Origin: Blastocystis sp. Blastoise | Lineage: Eukaryota; Protista; Bigyra: Opalinata | Assembly (NCBI GenBank): GCA_039096225.1 | Contig: JBBPEB010000013.1 | Span: 992,001-1,056,000, forward strand | Reading direction: 5' to 3' | Length of the DNA stretch: 64,000 nucleotides | Shown: positions 35,067-47,924 of the stretch, piece by piece | Numbering within the stretch: the stretch's first letter is position 1 | Layout: every line of letters starts with the position of its first letter | The notes under the pieces: generated by a model | What the model was told of the DNA's origin: nothing | The model's database searches: none | The model's input: only the letters and a program-made list of their open reading frames with translations | Made by a program: the position numbers and the translations under genes

Positions 35067-35905
35067 TTTTAGAGTAACTTAAAATGTTGATGTGAAATGT
35101 TTTTCCCGTAAAAAAATGCAAATTATACTTCTCAATTCTCATTTATTTATGATTATAAATAAAATGAATTATTATCTCATATTTCCATGTATATTGTTAC
35201 CATATCTTTGTGTCGACTAGTATAGTTGTGATAGAAAAGGATTAATTCATTTAGAAAGACTCCATGTTCTTGTAACACTTCAGTAGGAAATGTTCGATAT
35301 TTCACTTTTAGAGTTTTTATAGATATTTATAAAGATGAATATATAGAACGAACAACATATCCTAGTGATATAAGTCTAAAAAAAGAGAATTCTTCTATTT
35401 TTCATGCTTAAATGAAGCAAAATCAAGTATTTATCATACTTATTTATCTTGTCTTTAAAATCTTTGTCATTATATATGTTATTTATAAGGTATCTCAGAT
35501 AGACGAGACTGAACAAAATAAGAAGACTATTTCATATTCATTTACGAATTTGTTGTTTTTTAAGATTTCTTTTCTAAGTTCGTTTCATCTAGAATACCAT
35601 TTCAAACACTTTTAACAACCTTATATAAATAACATATTTAAACTAACCAATTATGACAAAAAAATACTAAACTTTTATGTCTTCTTAATTCTAAACACTT
35701 TGCATTTTATTGATGTATATAAAGTCTTTAAAAAGCTAGTATTTAAAGAAAATGATCAAAAAAGAGTCACTGAAAAATTTAAGAAAATCATGGTTTTCAA
35801 GATATCTTCAAATAGGGACTTGAAGTCCGTCATTAACTAAGATGGTTTTCATTTTTCTTTTTAGTCATTATTTATTTAAAAATTCATTTTAGATAAGAAT
35901 ACATT

Positions 35906-38015
35906 ATGAATAATAATAATTACGAGATTGCGTATGAAAATGCGGTTAGATATTTGTCTGATTTTACACTCAACCAAGTATAGAATCAATGTGTGATGTT
36001 TAATATATACGTATATAGAGATACCATCTAGTTGAACAGCTCAATGCTGCAATGCTAACAAATCTGATAAGAGTTGCCCAAGTATTTCAAGGTATATTAT
36101 CTAATACAATTACATTTCTATTTTTTATATCAAGATAACATCAACAATGATATGATACATATGTTCTTTGATATGTACATTCAAGGATATGACCCTGATG
36201 CAGTCAGCATAGAAATGATAATGTCTAAAAGCTCATATCCTGACACAGCTCCTTCTATTCGATTAATGCCACATGGTATTTTTTATGATTATTCTATGTT
36301 ATTTATCAAGTTCAAATTATTATTATTTAGCATCATACTTACTGAATCTTCAATATTATTGGATTAATTCTATTGGCGTTTTAGGAGAGTCTATTATGGA
36401 AACATTTAATCCTGTATATATATATATATATATCCTAGCATATTATAAAAACAAAAATTCTTATAGAATTTAAACATTTCGCAAATCCAAGGATTTATTG
36501 AAGATCTTATAAAGAAGTTCAATCTTTATTTGTATATATATCATTATATATATATACGTCTTACTAGTTGTTAACTATTTCCCAATATATTTAGAAAAGG
36601 TATATACTTATAACTCTTTTTTTTGCAGTAGTATTTATATACATGTAATATATATAGTAAATCTTCTTAATGGTGATTATTTTACCCCCAGAATCGTGGA
36701 TCCACTTAATTATGGTCCAGATAATGAACATAATCCTAACTTTCTGGGAAATGGAAAGTATGGCACTTGCTTTAAATCGTATGCATATATAGAGTAATGT
36801 ATACTAAATAATAATGTAATTATAATATAACCATGTTATGCTTTGTTATTACTATAGTAATTATAACAATAATCCTGTTTGTATAAAACAAATTAAAAAG
36901 GATAAGGGTGATTCACGAAAGTATATAAGTCGTGAAGTGGAAGCAATGACATTATTAAATAGAGGAAATAATAAAGGAATTCTTCAGGTATATATATTAC
37001 TATGTTATATATAACTATATATATATATAGTTATACGGAATAATTGAACATAAAGACAACATCCTGCTAGTTACACAATTAGCACCAAATGGAAATCTTG
37101 ATAAATATATGAAGAATACCACAAAGTATATATATATATATTCACATATTCATATCTTTGTATATAGAGATGTACGAAAAGATACAACATTATTCTGTGA
37201 TATATTTAAACAAATTGCCAGTGCTGTAGCTTTTATTCATGAAAACCATGTTTATCATAGAGATATTAAAGTATTATATATATATATATTATATATATAA
37301 CTTTATGATTGTTATTATAGCCTGATAATATTCTTATGGATGAAAATGATAATCCTGTTTTGGGAGATTTTGGATTGTCACGTGTTGTAAATGAAACAGT
37401 TGCTCCTAATGATATTACTCATTGCGGTACATACCCCTTGTATATAAATATATATTTTATTATTTTTATATTCTTCTTTCTTCAATATATTTTTAATTAT
37501 TATTGTTTGTTAGTATTCTTTGCATTCTTATGTGTATTATATATATAGTGCTGCTCCAGAATTGTTTATTGACCATAATGTTATTACCGATAAATGTGAT
37601 ATATACTCATTAGGTTTAGTTGGCTATTATATTATGACTAAATGTGATTTAGCAAAAAAATTATTTGGTGATGAGGCAAAAGTATATAGATCTATATAAT
37701 AATGTTATCATTGTTTATTATATATATATATATATAGTGTAGAACTAATAAAACAAATCCATCTTATGAAGTTCAAATAAATAGTTTTCTGAATCCAAGT
37801 ATTCATCTGATTCTATATATTATCGAACTATATTAATATATTATTATTCTTAATTCTATTTATGATACTTATATTATATATCTATATCTATAGTATTATA
37901 TAACTTATTCCAGAAATGTTTATCTTTTAATCCTGAAGAAAGACCTTCTGCGGCTGAAGTTGTTAAAGAATTAGACGAATATAATGGACCTCTATATAAA
38001 AATTCTATTGACTAA
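35906..38015 (+). CDS. Ser/Thr protein kinase with an N-terminal extension (possible RWD/UBC-like fold)
   Basis: LGNGKYG, VCIK, REVE, HRDIKPDNIL, DFG, GT..FAAPE, DIYSLG and RPSA all present after splicing. Confidence 0.92.
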
Positions 38016-38896
38016 AGGATAAGAAGATATTACTTTTATTCATTGGGAGAGGTCATTGTTTACTTTTATATATATATATTTCTACTGTTTCTTATTCCTG
38101 ATTTCTTTTCTTTTTTTGGTTTTTAATTTCTTATTATATCATATGTTTTCTTTTATTATCAACTCATTAAAGTACAGTCATATAATTTTTTTTTATTCTT
38201 TTTATTATAACAAAATATTTCATTTTTTTTTTCTTTTTTGAAATGTCTTTTGTTTTTATGGCAGAATCTTTCCAAATAATAAATTATATTTTGTGCTAAT
38301 ATGGGCTGAATACTAATTTACTATTATTTAAGCAAAAACAAAAAAAAATAGAAGAATAATACAATTATTCACCAGTTTATGACATTTTATAAAGGATCTT
38401 TTGATAGATAAAAAATGAATAATATATATTCAAAAATAAAATAGGTGCCTAGTTTACCATTTATATGTCAACTTTGTAATAATATTTTATTTAAAATAAC
38501 TTCATTAAAGATTATTACAAGAATTTGAATAAATTTGACAACAAAAAAAGAGTAATGATTAAAAAGATATATGCTTACACAATAAAATGATGTAATTTCT
38601 GAGTCAGAAATATAAATAGAATTGAAACGAAACTATACTTATTGAGCTAGTGATCGTCTACATTTTTATAAAAGGATACCCTCTCTTTATAAACACATAT
38701 AGAAGATTACAGAAAATAAAATGAGAATAATATGAGTATAATATAATGAATTGAAAGAGAGTATTCATTCATAAGAAAAATTTTCCTGAAAAGTCTGAAA
38801 ATGATATTAAACCAAATCAAGACCATCTTAAAAAATGTAGATAGATATTATTTTCTTGTTGACATTGTTTCTCTTGTTGTTAAATTATTTTTTATT

Positions 38897-39702
38897 ATGG
38901 ATACGTTAAGTTTTCAATCTGATCTAGCTGATGCTTATGACTTAGTTTTATCTAAATCTAAGCAAGGAAAGGCTACATGTAAGGATTTGCTTGCTTTTTA
39001 TGAAGCAAGAGCTTATGCTGAAGAGACATTTGTAGCTGCTTTGAAGAAGATTCCTACGGAGTCTCTTTTTGGTGAGACGAATGAGCAAAGTTCATTTAGA
39101 AGTGCTTGGGATGCTGTTAGAAATAGTATTAATGTTCAAATACGTGAGCATGAACGATATGCTAAGACTCTTCGTGATGATATCATTCCTACTATGGAGA
39201 ATTTATTAACTGATCTTCGTGTAACTAAGAAACAAATGGAAGTAAATGAAAAGAAAGCTCAAAAGTATGTATATTAGAAAAGTTATAATAGTCATTATAT
39301 ATATGTACATTTTATTATTTATGAATCATAATTATATATGTATATATAGAGAATGGAAGAAAGCAGAAACAGCTGCTTCTAAGGCTCGTGCTAAGCATAC
39401 AACTACAAATCAGAAGGTTTCATCCGTGTTAACTGCTGCTGAATCGAGACAAGCTCAAGGACTTCCTGTTGATGATAAAGTATATATATATTTTTTTTAT
39501 TTGTTAATATGTATATTTATTTGTATTTATGATGTTTATTTGTTAATATGTATATTTATTTGTGAATATATTTATTTTTATAATTTTATATTTGTTAATA
39601 TATTTATTTTTATAATTTTATATTTGTTAATATATTTATTTTTATAATTTTATATTTGTTAATATATTTATTTTTATAATTTTATATTTGTAAATAACTA
39701 AA

Positions 39703-39788
<86 letters not shown>

Positions 39789-40057
39789 TTCGTGAAGATA
39801 TAAGTGCTGCTTCTGAAGAGATTTCTTCATCAAGAGAAGAGTTAGAGAGAGCAGAGAGAGATGAAAGTATAGTTCATCAATTATATCAAGATACTCTATC
39901 TAATGTGTTAAATACTTTTGAAGATAATGAGATCAAAAGACTTAATGTATTGAGAAAATGTATTTTAGATGATGCTCTTGCTAGAAAAGAAGCTTATATG
40001 GTATATATCATTCTATAATAATAGTTTTATTATATTTTATAATATTTTATAATAGCT

Positions 40058-40090
<33 letters not shown>

Positions 40091-40343
40091 ATTTACAACT
40101 TAGTGATACAGCTTTGAAGACTGCATGTATTGTAGAACCTAAATGTGATTTAGGAGAATTGATTTTATCTCTTAAATCACAATTGATGCAACGAGAACCT
40201 AAAGTTAATACTGAAGAAACAGGTAATTCTATATATATATATATATATATTAATTCTATTTCCTATCTTTCTATATATACTATTACTTTTCTCTAGCAGA
40301 AGCTTTTGGTTTCTCTCTTGATCCAACAGATCCATTTAATTAA
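38897..40343 (+). CDS. F-BAR (FCH) domain protein, 5 exons
   Basis: YDLVLSKSKQGKATCKDLLAFYEARAYAEETF..SSFRSAWDAV..EHERYA is the FCH signature, followed by coiled coil. Confidence 0.85.
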
Positions 40344-41077
40344 TAGATATATCCTTATAATGTACTATTTTCCTTTCTTAGTACATTTTCCCTCCTATTT
40401 TCTATCCTTATGTCTTCAATTTGTTAGCATTATATCTTATATTATAAAATTTTATTATATATATTATTAATAGAGTAGATTCATTTATTTATATTTCTAA
40501 ATATTGTTTGGCTTATTTATTTATCGGAAAACTTATATATAAACTATATTTTATAACATTTTTAAAAACCTTGAAAAGAATAACACTATATATATTAAAT
40601 GAAACTTTTGTTTATTCTGGCATCTCTTTATTTTATTAATTTATCTACACATAAAAATGAAATTAAGGCTTATGTACATTTTCTTTTCTTTGTATATATA
40701 TAAGAATCACCTTAAATTCATAAACCATATAAATTTGTTTTAGATGTGTTGTGAATATATATAAAGTATACCAATCAACAAGAAATATCTTATGGAATGC
40801 CAATAAATATATACTTATATAACATTATTCAATATAAACAATGTACTATGAAGTGTTAACACAAGAATAACTGCTTATAAAAGAATATAGAGTGTCTCTA
40901 GTACTCTGAAAACAAACTGAAAATATTTGTGTGAAAGAAATTAAATTTATTCGAGTTCTACGAATAAAACCACGGTTTATCGTCTTCTTTCAGGCAATAG
41001 ATGAGTTTTATTAATAAGAATTAGAAATATAGATATTGTTTTTAAATTATATAAATCTTTCATTCATTTATAGAAGA

Positions 41078-42421
41078 ATGTCTAGCTTAACGTTACATAT
41101 AAGTAAAGTACCTGGAAATGTAACCACAACTATTACTGCTGAGTTGTCTGATGATGTCTCAGTTATTCGTGGTATTCTTGCAAATAATCAAAATGTAGAA
41201 CCAAGTCAAATTGTTATTATTTGTAATGGTGTTAACTTAAAGGATGGATATACTGTAAAAGATTATGATCTTGGAATAAAATCGAATTTGCGTTATGTTG
41301 TTAGGACAGGTCCTAAGCCAAAACCTGAAGCTCCTGGTAATAAGATCAATTTATCCTTCTTTCTTTATGAAGGTCATAATTACAATTTAACAGTTCCTTT
41401 ACATATTTATTGGGGTGAAGTAAAGAAGATGCTAGAAGTATTTATAAAATGATTATTTTATCAAAATAGAATGAATTATATAAAATTATTTTTTTATTCA
41501 TAGGAAAAGACTAAGATGCCTGCAAGTGAACTTCGTTTAATTCATGCTCAAGCAGAATTAATGGATGATGTTCGTGTTATTGAATCTAATGTCATGGATG
41601 CTTCTAAAATTTTCTGTGTCTTAAAACCTGTATGTTTTTCTTTTTTTGTTTTTTTTTTTATTTAATTTTTTTTTGTTTAATTTTATTTAATTTTTTTTTG
41701 TTTAATTTTATTTAACTTTTTTTATTAATTAATATAGTTAACTAAAAATTAATGTTATCAATATATTATATACATATATCGCTTATTTTTTTTAAAGTGT
41801 TATGAGATATTATATATCATTATAATTATCTATAGAATACTTCTTCTCATTTAGATAAGGTTATTGATGAGAATTCTTTAAAGTGTACCTGCAGATATTG
41901 TGAAACTCAAGGTGCTAAATTAGCTGTTCGTCCTTTCTGTTCTTCTTGCAAAGGTGAATGTGTTCTTTATGATGCTCCTGGCCTAGTTATTGGTACCACA
42001 AAATGGAGAGACTTACTTTCCTTACGAGGGGTCTGTATTAACGAAGGATGCAAAAACTTTAATAACTCTCAAAATGTATGTATATTCTACATATTTTTTT
42101 ATTATATATGTTTTATATTATATATATATATATATATATGTTTTATATTATAAATATTTATATATTATATATTTTTTATTATATATAATATCATTTTATA
42201 GTTATCCTTTGGTATTATGTGTGAAGATTGCCCTACTGCTATTCATGTATTAAGAAAGGTATTTTCTATACATTATATGATATATATATATATTTAAAAC
42301 TATTATTTTATTTTCTATATAGAGACTTGCTACTATTGAAGCAGGATCTACAGAAGATACTTTATTAAAATCCTTAAATGATTTATATAGTTATGCTCAT
42401 TTGAATGGTGCTTTAGAATAA
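41078..42421 (+). CDS. Ubl-Ubl-RING0 protein: two ubiquitin-like domains plus a parkin RING0-like zinc finger
   Basis: Exons 41078-41437, 41504-41629, 41836-42075, 42202-42258, 42323-42421, all phase 0 GT-AG; Ubl motifs and CxxC/CxxC/Cx4C/CxxC pattern. Confidence 0.8.
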
Positions 42422-43084
42422 AATATCTCTTTTTTTTATTCTTTTCATCAATTTCCTTCTTTTTATCAATAATTATTCACTTTTTTTTTGCTTCTATTTA
42501 TATATATAATTCTATACAATTCATTTCATTTACTTATAGTTCTACTCTTGTTTTCTATGATTCTTACAGTTCATAATTATGCTTTGTTCATTTTTTAAAC
42601 TTAAGCTTGTTTTCATATATATATATTGAATCATTTCCATGGATAATCATTTCAATACACTAACATTTATACATAGAAAATATTCATTTATATAAATATA
42701 ATAAAAAAAAACATGATTAATAGGAATAATCACTCCATTGATACTATATTATATTAGAATTATAATTTTTAAAAGATAATGAAACAAGTTCATATGATTA
42801 TTCTAATTTATGTTCTTGTAATTCGTTATCACAAAATAAAAGAAAGAATTCATTCAATATTCTGAATATATGAAAACTGTCTGAAAACCAAAGAATGAAC
42901 TGAATTTATTCGATTCTTATTTTTCAATAATCATGATAATCTACGAGAAAAGTACTTGATTTTGATATTTTGCATTGATTCTTTTCTTACAATATTTTAG
43001 AATTTTTGTAGGTTGATTTTCTTAGAAAACACCAGTATTCAGTATTTTATTAAAAAGTTTATAATATAATATTAATAATACAAA

Positions 43085-44099
43085 ATGGCTATTCGTATAT
43101 ATTATAAACATGCCGTATCTATATGTATATAGGTGTTCAATATGAAGGAAGTAACGATATTGGTGTTTTTTCGAAATTAACCAATTCTTATTGTCTTGTC
43201 TGTCAAGCTGGAAGTGAAAACTTCTATGGTGCTTTTGAAGCTGAACTTGCTGACCATATACCTGTTGTACATACATCTATCGCTGGTTGTAAATTTGTTG
43301 GTCGTGTTGTTGCTGGTATTCTTTTCATTATATTCATCTCTATATGACTATTTATTAATATAGGTAACAAAAATGGTTTATTAGTACCTAATTCTACAAC
43401 AGGTATTTTATTAAAAGTTCTCATTTTATGAACAATATATATATATATAGATAATGAGTTACGTCATCTTAGAAATGCTTTACCAGATAATGTAGTTGTT
43501 CAAAGAATTGATGAAAGACTGTCTTCATTAGGTAATTTAATTGCTTGTAATGATCATGTCGCTTTATTACATACTGATCTTGATAAAGTATTTTTTTTAA
43601 ATATAATAGATTATTCATTTTTTTTTATATATATATTTTATTCAATGAAATTAATAAATTATTCATTATAATATAAATATATAATTTCATAAAATACTAA
43701 TAATTTGATTAATGTATATAAAATATACTATAAGAAACTGAAGAAATTATTAGTGATGTTTTAGGTGTTGAATGTTTCAGACAATCTGTTGCAGGAAATG
43801 CTTTAGTTGGTAGTTATTGTGTCTTTACTAATCAAGGAGGTCTTGTCCATCCTAATACTTCTGTTGCTGAAAAAGAAGAATTAGCTTCTTTATTACAAGT
43901 TCCTCTTGTTCCTGGTACTGTCAATAGAGGTAGTGATGTTATTGGAGCTGGTCTCGTTGCTAATGATTGGACTGCTTTCTGTGGTTTTGATACTACTGCT
44001 ACTGAAATCTCCGTTATCTCTGAAATCTTTAAATTGAATGATAGTAATACTAATATGTTAGAATCTGTTAAATCTTATTTATTTGAAGCTAATGCTTAA
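43085..44099 (+). CDS. EIF6: Eukaryotic translation initiation factor 6
   Basis: [71 protein letters not shown]; four introns, the fourth non-canonical. Confidence 0.98.
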
Positions 44100-44864
44100 T
44101 TTTGATTCATTTCTATGCTATTCAGTAATATATGTTCATTTTATTTTCATTTCTTTATGTGTTTTCAATTAACCTCTACTGTATGTTATATTATTATTTG
44201 TTTGTTTTTGTTTTACAGAATATATATACCTTTTTAAAGAAATTATATATTTTCTTTAATATTCTTATTCGTTTAAAATAATAATAAATAATTGACGTAT
44301 ATATGGACCCTCAAATGACTTTTAAAATTACACTATTATTTGAATAGTTTTTATGATAAAAACATCGCTATTTCTAATTCACATCACGTTCGTTTTTAAT
44401 TTGAATGATATTTTTGAAATACTTATTCTTCTCAATATCTAACAAATATTTTATATAACTTTTAAATACAAAAATATATGAATTATGGAATTCATTCGAA
44501 TCAATTTATGCAACAAAAAATAACTAAATATATATAAATGATAAACTAAAGAAACTATTAGTTTTTTAAATAGAATTTATATATTAGACGAGCTGTTCCT
44601 ATAATGTACAGAAGAGCAATCATAAAAATGGAAATATATAATCTTAGTTATTAAATAAATGAAAATGAATAGAATAATTGTAAAATGAAAAAAAGTCAAT
44701 ATATATATAGAGACAGATGAAGACACAAAAAAATGAATCCAATAAGTAGTAGCTGATCAATAAGAAATGTAGTTGGTCGAGTTTGATGCAGTCTGATTTA
44801 AGGTAAACGATTGCAAAACACTGGCTCCTGGAAATTGTCTGGTTGGTTTTTATTGCAATTTTAA

Positions 44865-44978
44865 GACCAATGAAGCCAATCAATAAAAAGTTTTTCTAAC
44901 CCCTATGGTTCCTTCATTATTTTTTCTTATATAAATTCTGCAATTTTTATCGAAGAAAAACAAACGAAATGATTGGCT
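44865..44978. promoter_or_regulatory. Cluster of three consensus CCAAT (NF-Y) boxes upstream of NF-YA
   Basis: GACCAATGA 44865-44873, AGCCAATCA 44874-44882, TGATTGGCT 44970-44978; all fit RRCCAATSR. Confidence 0.6.
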
Positions 44979-45216
44979 AATTTTCAGACTTTTTTTGATT
45001 GTAAGTGTCGTTTTTAACTTTTGAAATATGAAGAGTTTTATGTAGAATACTTGTCTTTTTACGTTTTTCTGGCTCAATTAAATCATACATTTACCATACT
45101 GAGGATTTTTTTGTGAACCACTTTACCACATCATCATTATCCAACCCGCTTTAAAGTGCTCTTTCAAATTACCCATTAGAATAACATTTTCATTTTGTTG
45201 TTTACTGTAGTATAAC

Positions 45217-46268
45217 ATGGAAGCGAAGGACTACTCCAATAATGCTTTTCGTATATACTAAGAAATATATATATAACTGAATCGTTAAATTAATTTCTAA
45301 TGTTTTTTACATCTAGAAGATCTTCGATCTGCTGATCAGTTCCATATAGATCCAAGAAATATGATGAATGATTCACATTCTATGACAGGACATAATCATA
45401 TGGATCCTTATAATCAAAGATATTATCCTATGTCACAAGGTACTATGAACCCTATGTCTCAAGGACGTATGCCACAACAAAATTATATTGTACCCTCAAT
45501 GGTATATTTATATAAAATAAAATAAAATTTTAAATATTTATTTTTGCCCGGTCATTTTTTTTTATTTATTTTTTTTTTTAATTTAATTTTTCATTTAATT
45601 TATAATGTAATTTATATTATTTATATAGCCATTAACTTCAGCTCCATTACTTCAATTATATCCAAGAGTACCTTTACCATCACAAATGATGGAAGAAGAA
45701 CCTATTTATGTAAATGCCAAACAATATCAACGTATTATCAAAAGAAGACAAGCTCGTTCCAAATATGCAACTGAACATGATAAATCAGATAAACGAAAGG
45801 AACCTTATATGCATAAATCACGTCACGAACATGCAAAACGAAGAGCTCGTGGTCCTGGTAATTTTTACATATTTTAAACATTTTTTTATGGGAATTTAGG
45901 TGGGAGATTCTTAAGTAAAAAGGAAATCAAAGAGAAAGAAAAGGTATGATTTATTTAAATAATAGTATTCAATTATAAATACGAAAAAGTTAGTATATTT
46001 TATATATTGATATTCTTTATAGAATGGTGAGTTAGCATTTGATACTTCTCTTGATACTGATGAAAAGGACGATAAGAAGCAAATGTCTGGAACTGATGAT
46101 ATGTCGAATACTAATTCTGTTAGTGAAAATAGTGAAACAGGACTTAGTAATGCTATTAATTCACCTAATAATGGAACAAATACATCACAAAATAATAATA
46201 CGTTTCAATTTTTTAATACTCAAAATGTTGTTAATAAACCTGATCAATCTGCTGAAATAGATGTATAA
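45217..46268 (+). CDS. NFYA: Nuclear transcription factor Y subunit A (CBF-B/HAP2)
   Basis: EEPIYVNAKQYQRIIKRRQAR..PYMHKSRHEHAKRRARGPGGRFL; four GT-AG introns. Confidence 0.96.
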
Positions 46269-46648
46269 TAGAATATTCTGTAGCTTATCTTCTTCTTTTT
46301 TTTAATTTATTATAGCTCTTATTGGAGGTTCTTGTATATTAATAATTTGTGTATATAACTTTTGCAAACTTCTTATTCCTTGTTTTTATTTCTTTTTTTC
46401 TTGTTCTTCGATGTTATTATTTCTATGTTTATTTTTTTTTTTGGAATTCTTTTTAAAAATATTCAACTAGATTATTTTCATTATTATGATTTATAATAGT
46501 CACTGTTAGTATATTTATAGTTTTTTTCTTTTGTAATAAATTTGTGTTTGTTTCTTTTTATATATAAATAAGACTTTTTAAAACAATACTTTATAATTTT
46601 AAAAATGACAACTAGTAAAAAAAAATAATCAAATATTAATTTTGTGTT

Positions 46649-47044
46649 TTACTTTCTTGCTTCTAAAATAATTTCTTCTATACCTAATCCTTCTAATTCA
46701 TGTTTATGTTTATTCCATTCAATATAGTAACCACATTTCGTATTTTCACTCTTTGATTCTTTTATCTAGAACAATATTTATAATAATAAATAAATATGAT
46801 TAAAATAATAATAAAAATAATAATAAAAATGATAATAATATTATAATAATTTAAATAGATCTATAGTATCATTCTTATAACATACATATTTCTTTAATGT
46901 TTCTTGTATAGCAGGACTAAATACTCCAACACCTCCAATATAAGATCCTACAAGAGGATAATATATATTTTCTATAAATATAAAATATATATATATATTA
47001 TAAATAGAAATTTTTCGTTATTATTATATTCTACACTTGTAATA

Positions 47045-47084
<40 letters not shown>

Positions 47085-47764
47085 ATAGAAATTTTTCGTT
47101 ATTATTATATTCTACACTTGTAATATATATATATATATATATACTATTTGCTAAACAGATAGCCAAGTTTTTAGGTTTAAATTCACAAGTTAATGATTTT
47201 GCATATGTTAATGTATCAGAACCAATCGTATGAAATACAATAGGTCTATCTTCACTCTATATAAAAATATAAATTACATAGCACATAATACATATATATG
47301 TAGTCTAATATTACAATAAATATAAATATGAAAATCATGTATATAATAAAAGAATAATAAGAATATAATAGAAGACTAAAATTAACCATTATTTACCTTT
47401 GCAAAGAAAAAATCATTACCACGCTTACAAACATATGGATAATCAGTATTGATTTTCATATTATTTCTTCTTAAAAACGTAAAGAAAGTATCACAAAAAT
47501 CTGTATTATTTATTTTATCACTTATTCCAAGCTTTGTATCATAAATCTCTGAAACTTTGCCCTAGAAAGCATAATAGCGGCAATTATTTCTTTGTAACTT
47601 ACATATTTATCAATAGAAACAAAGTAGTTTCCTTTTTGGGCATTTTCAATAAAGAAATCTGGGTTCGAAACTGTTTCAATAGATCTTCCTAATATCTTTA
47701 TTGATATAGGAGATCCTTTCATTAGTTTGACAGATAAACGCGATAAAGTTGTAATAGAATTCAT
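46649..47764 (-). CDS. UPF0598 (C8orf82-like) protein with probable organellar presequence
   Basis: Spliced NYFVSIDKYG..DFCDTFFTFLRRN..YPYVCKRGNDFFFAKSEDRPIVF..IYYP..GGVGVF matches the C8orf82 pattern (YFYYVDHQG..FF.RL..FPF...G.E.NF..EDRPVVF..LYHP..GGVGL). Confidence 0.75.
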
Positions 47765-47924
47765 TGCAATAAACGATTAAAATAGAATAAAAAGAAAAAG
47801 AAGAAAACCAAAACGTTATTTTTCAGATCTACTCAATTCTTAACTGAAAATAATTTATTCAATGTTTGACGACTCATTTTATAAAAATTAAAAGAGTAGA
47901 TTTTGTCGTGGTTATTCATAAAGA

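Noticed and set aside
44700-44860. ncRNA or tRNA in GC-richer intergenic islands (also 53440-53470, 59800-60350)
   Set aside because: No cloverleaf, A/B-box pair, Sm site or sno boxes recognised; more likely promoter DNA. An Infernal/Rfam scan would settle it.
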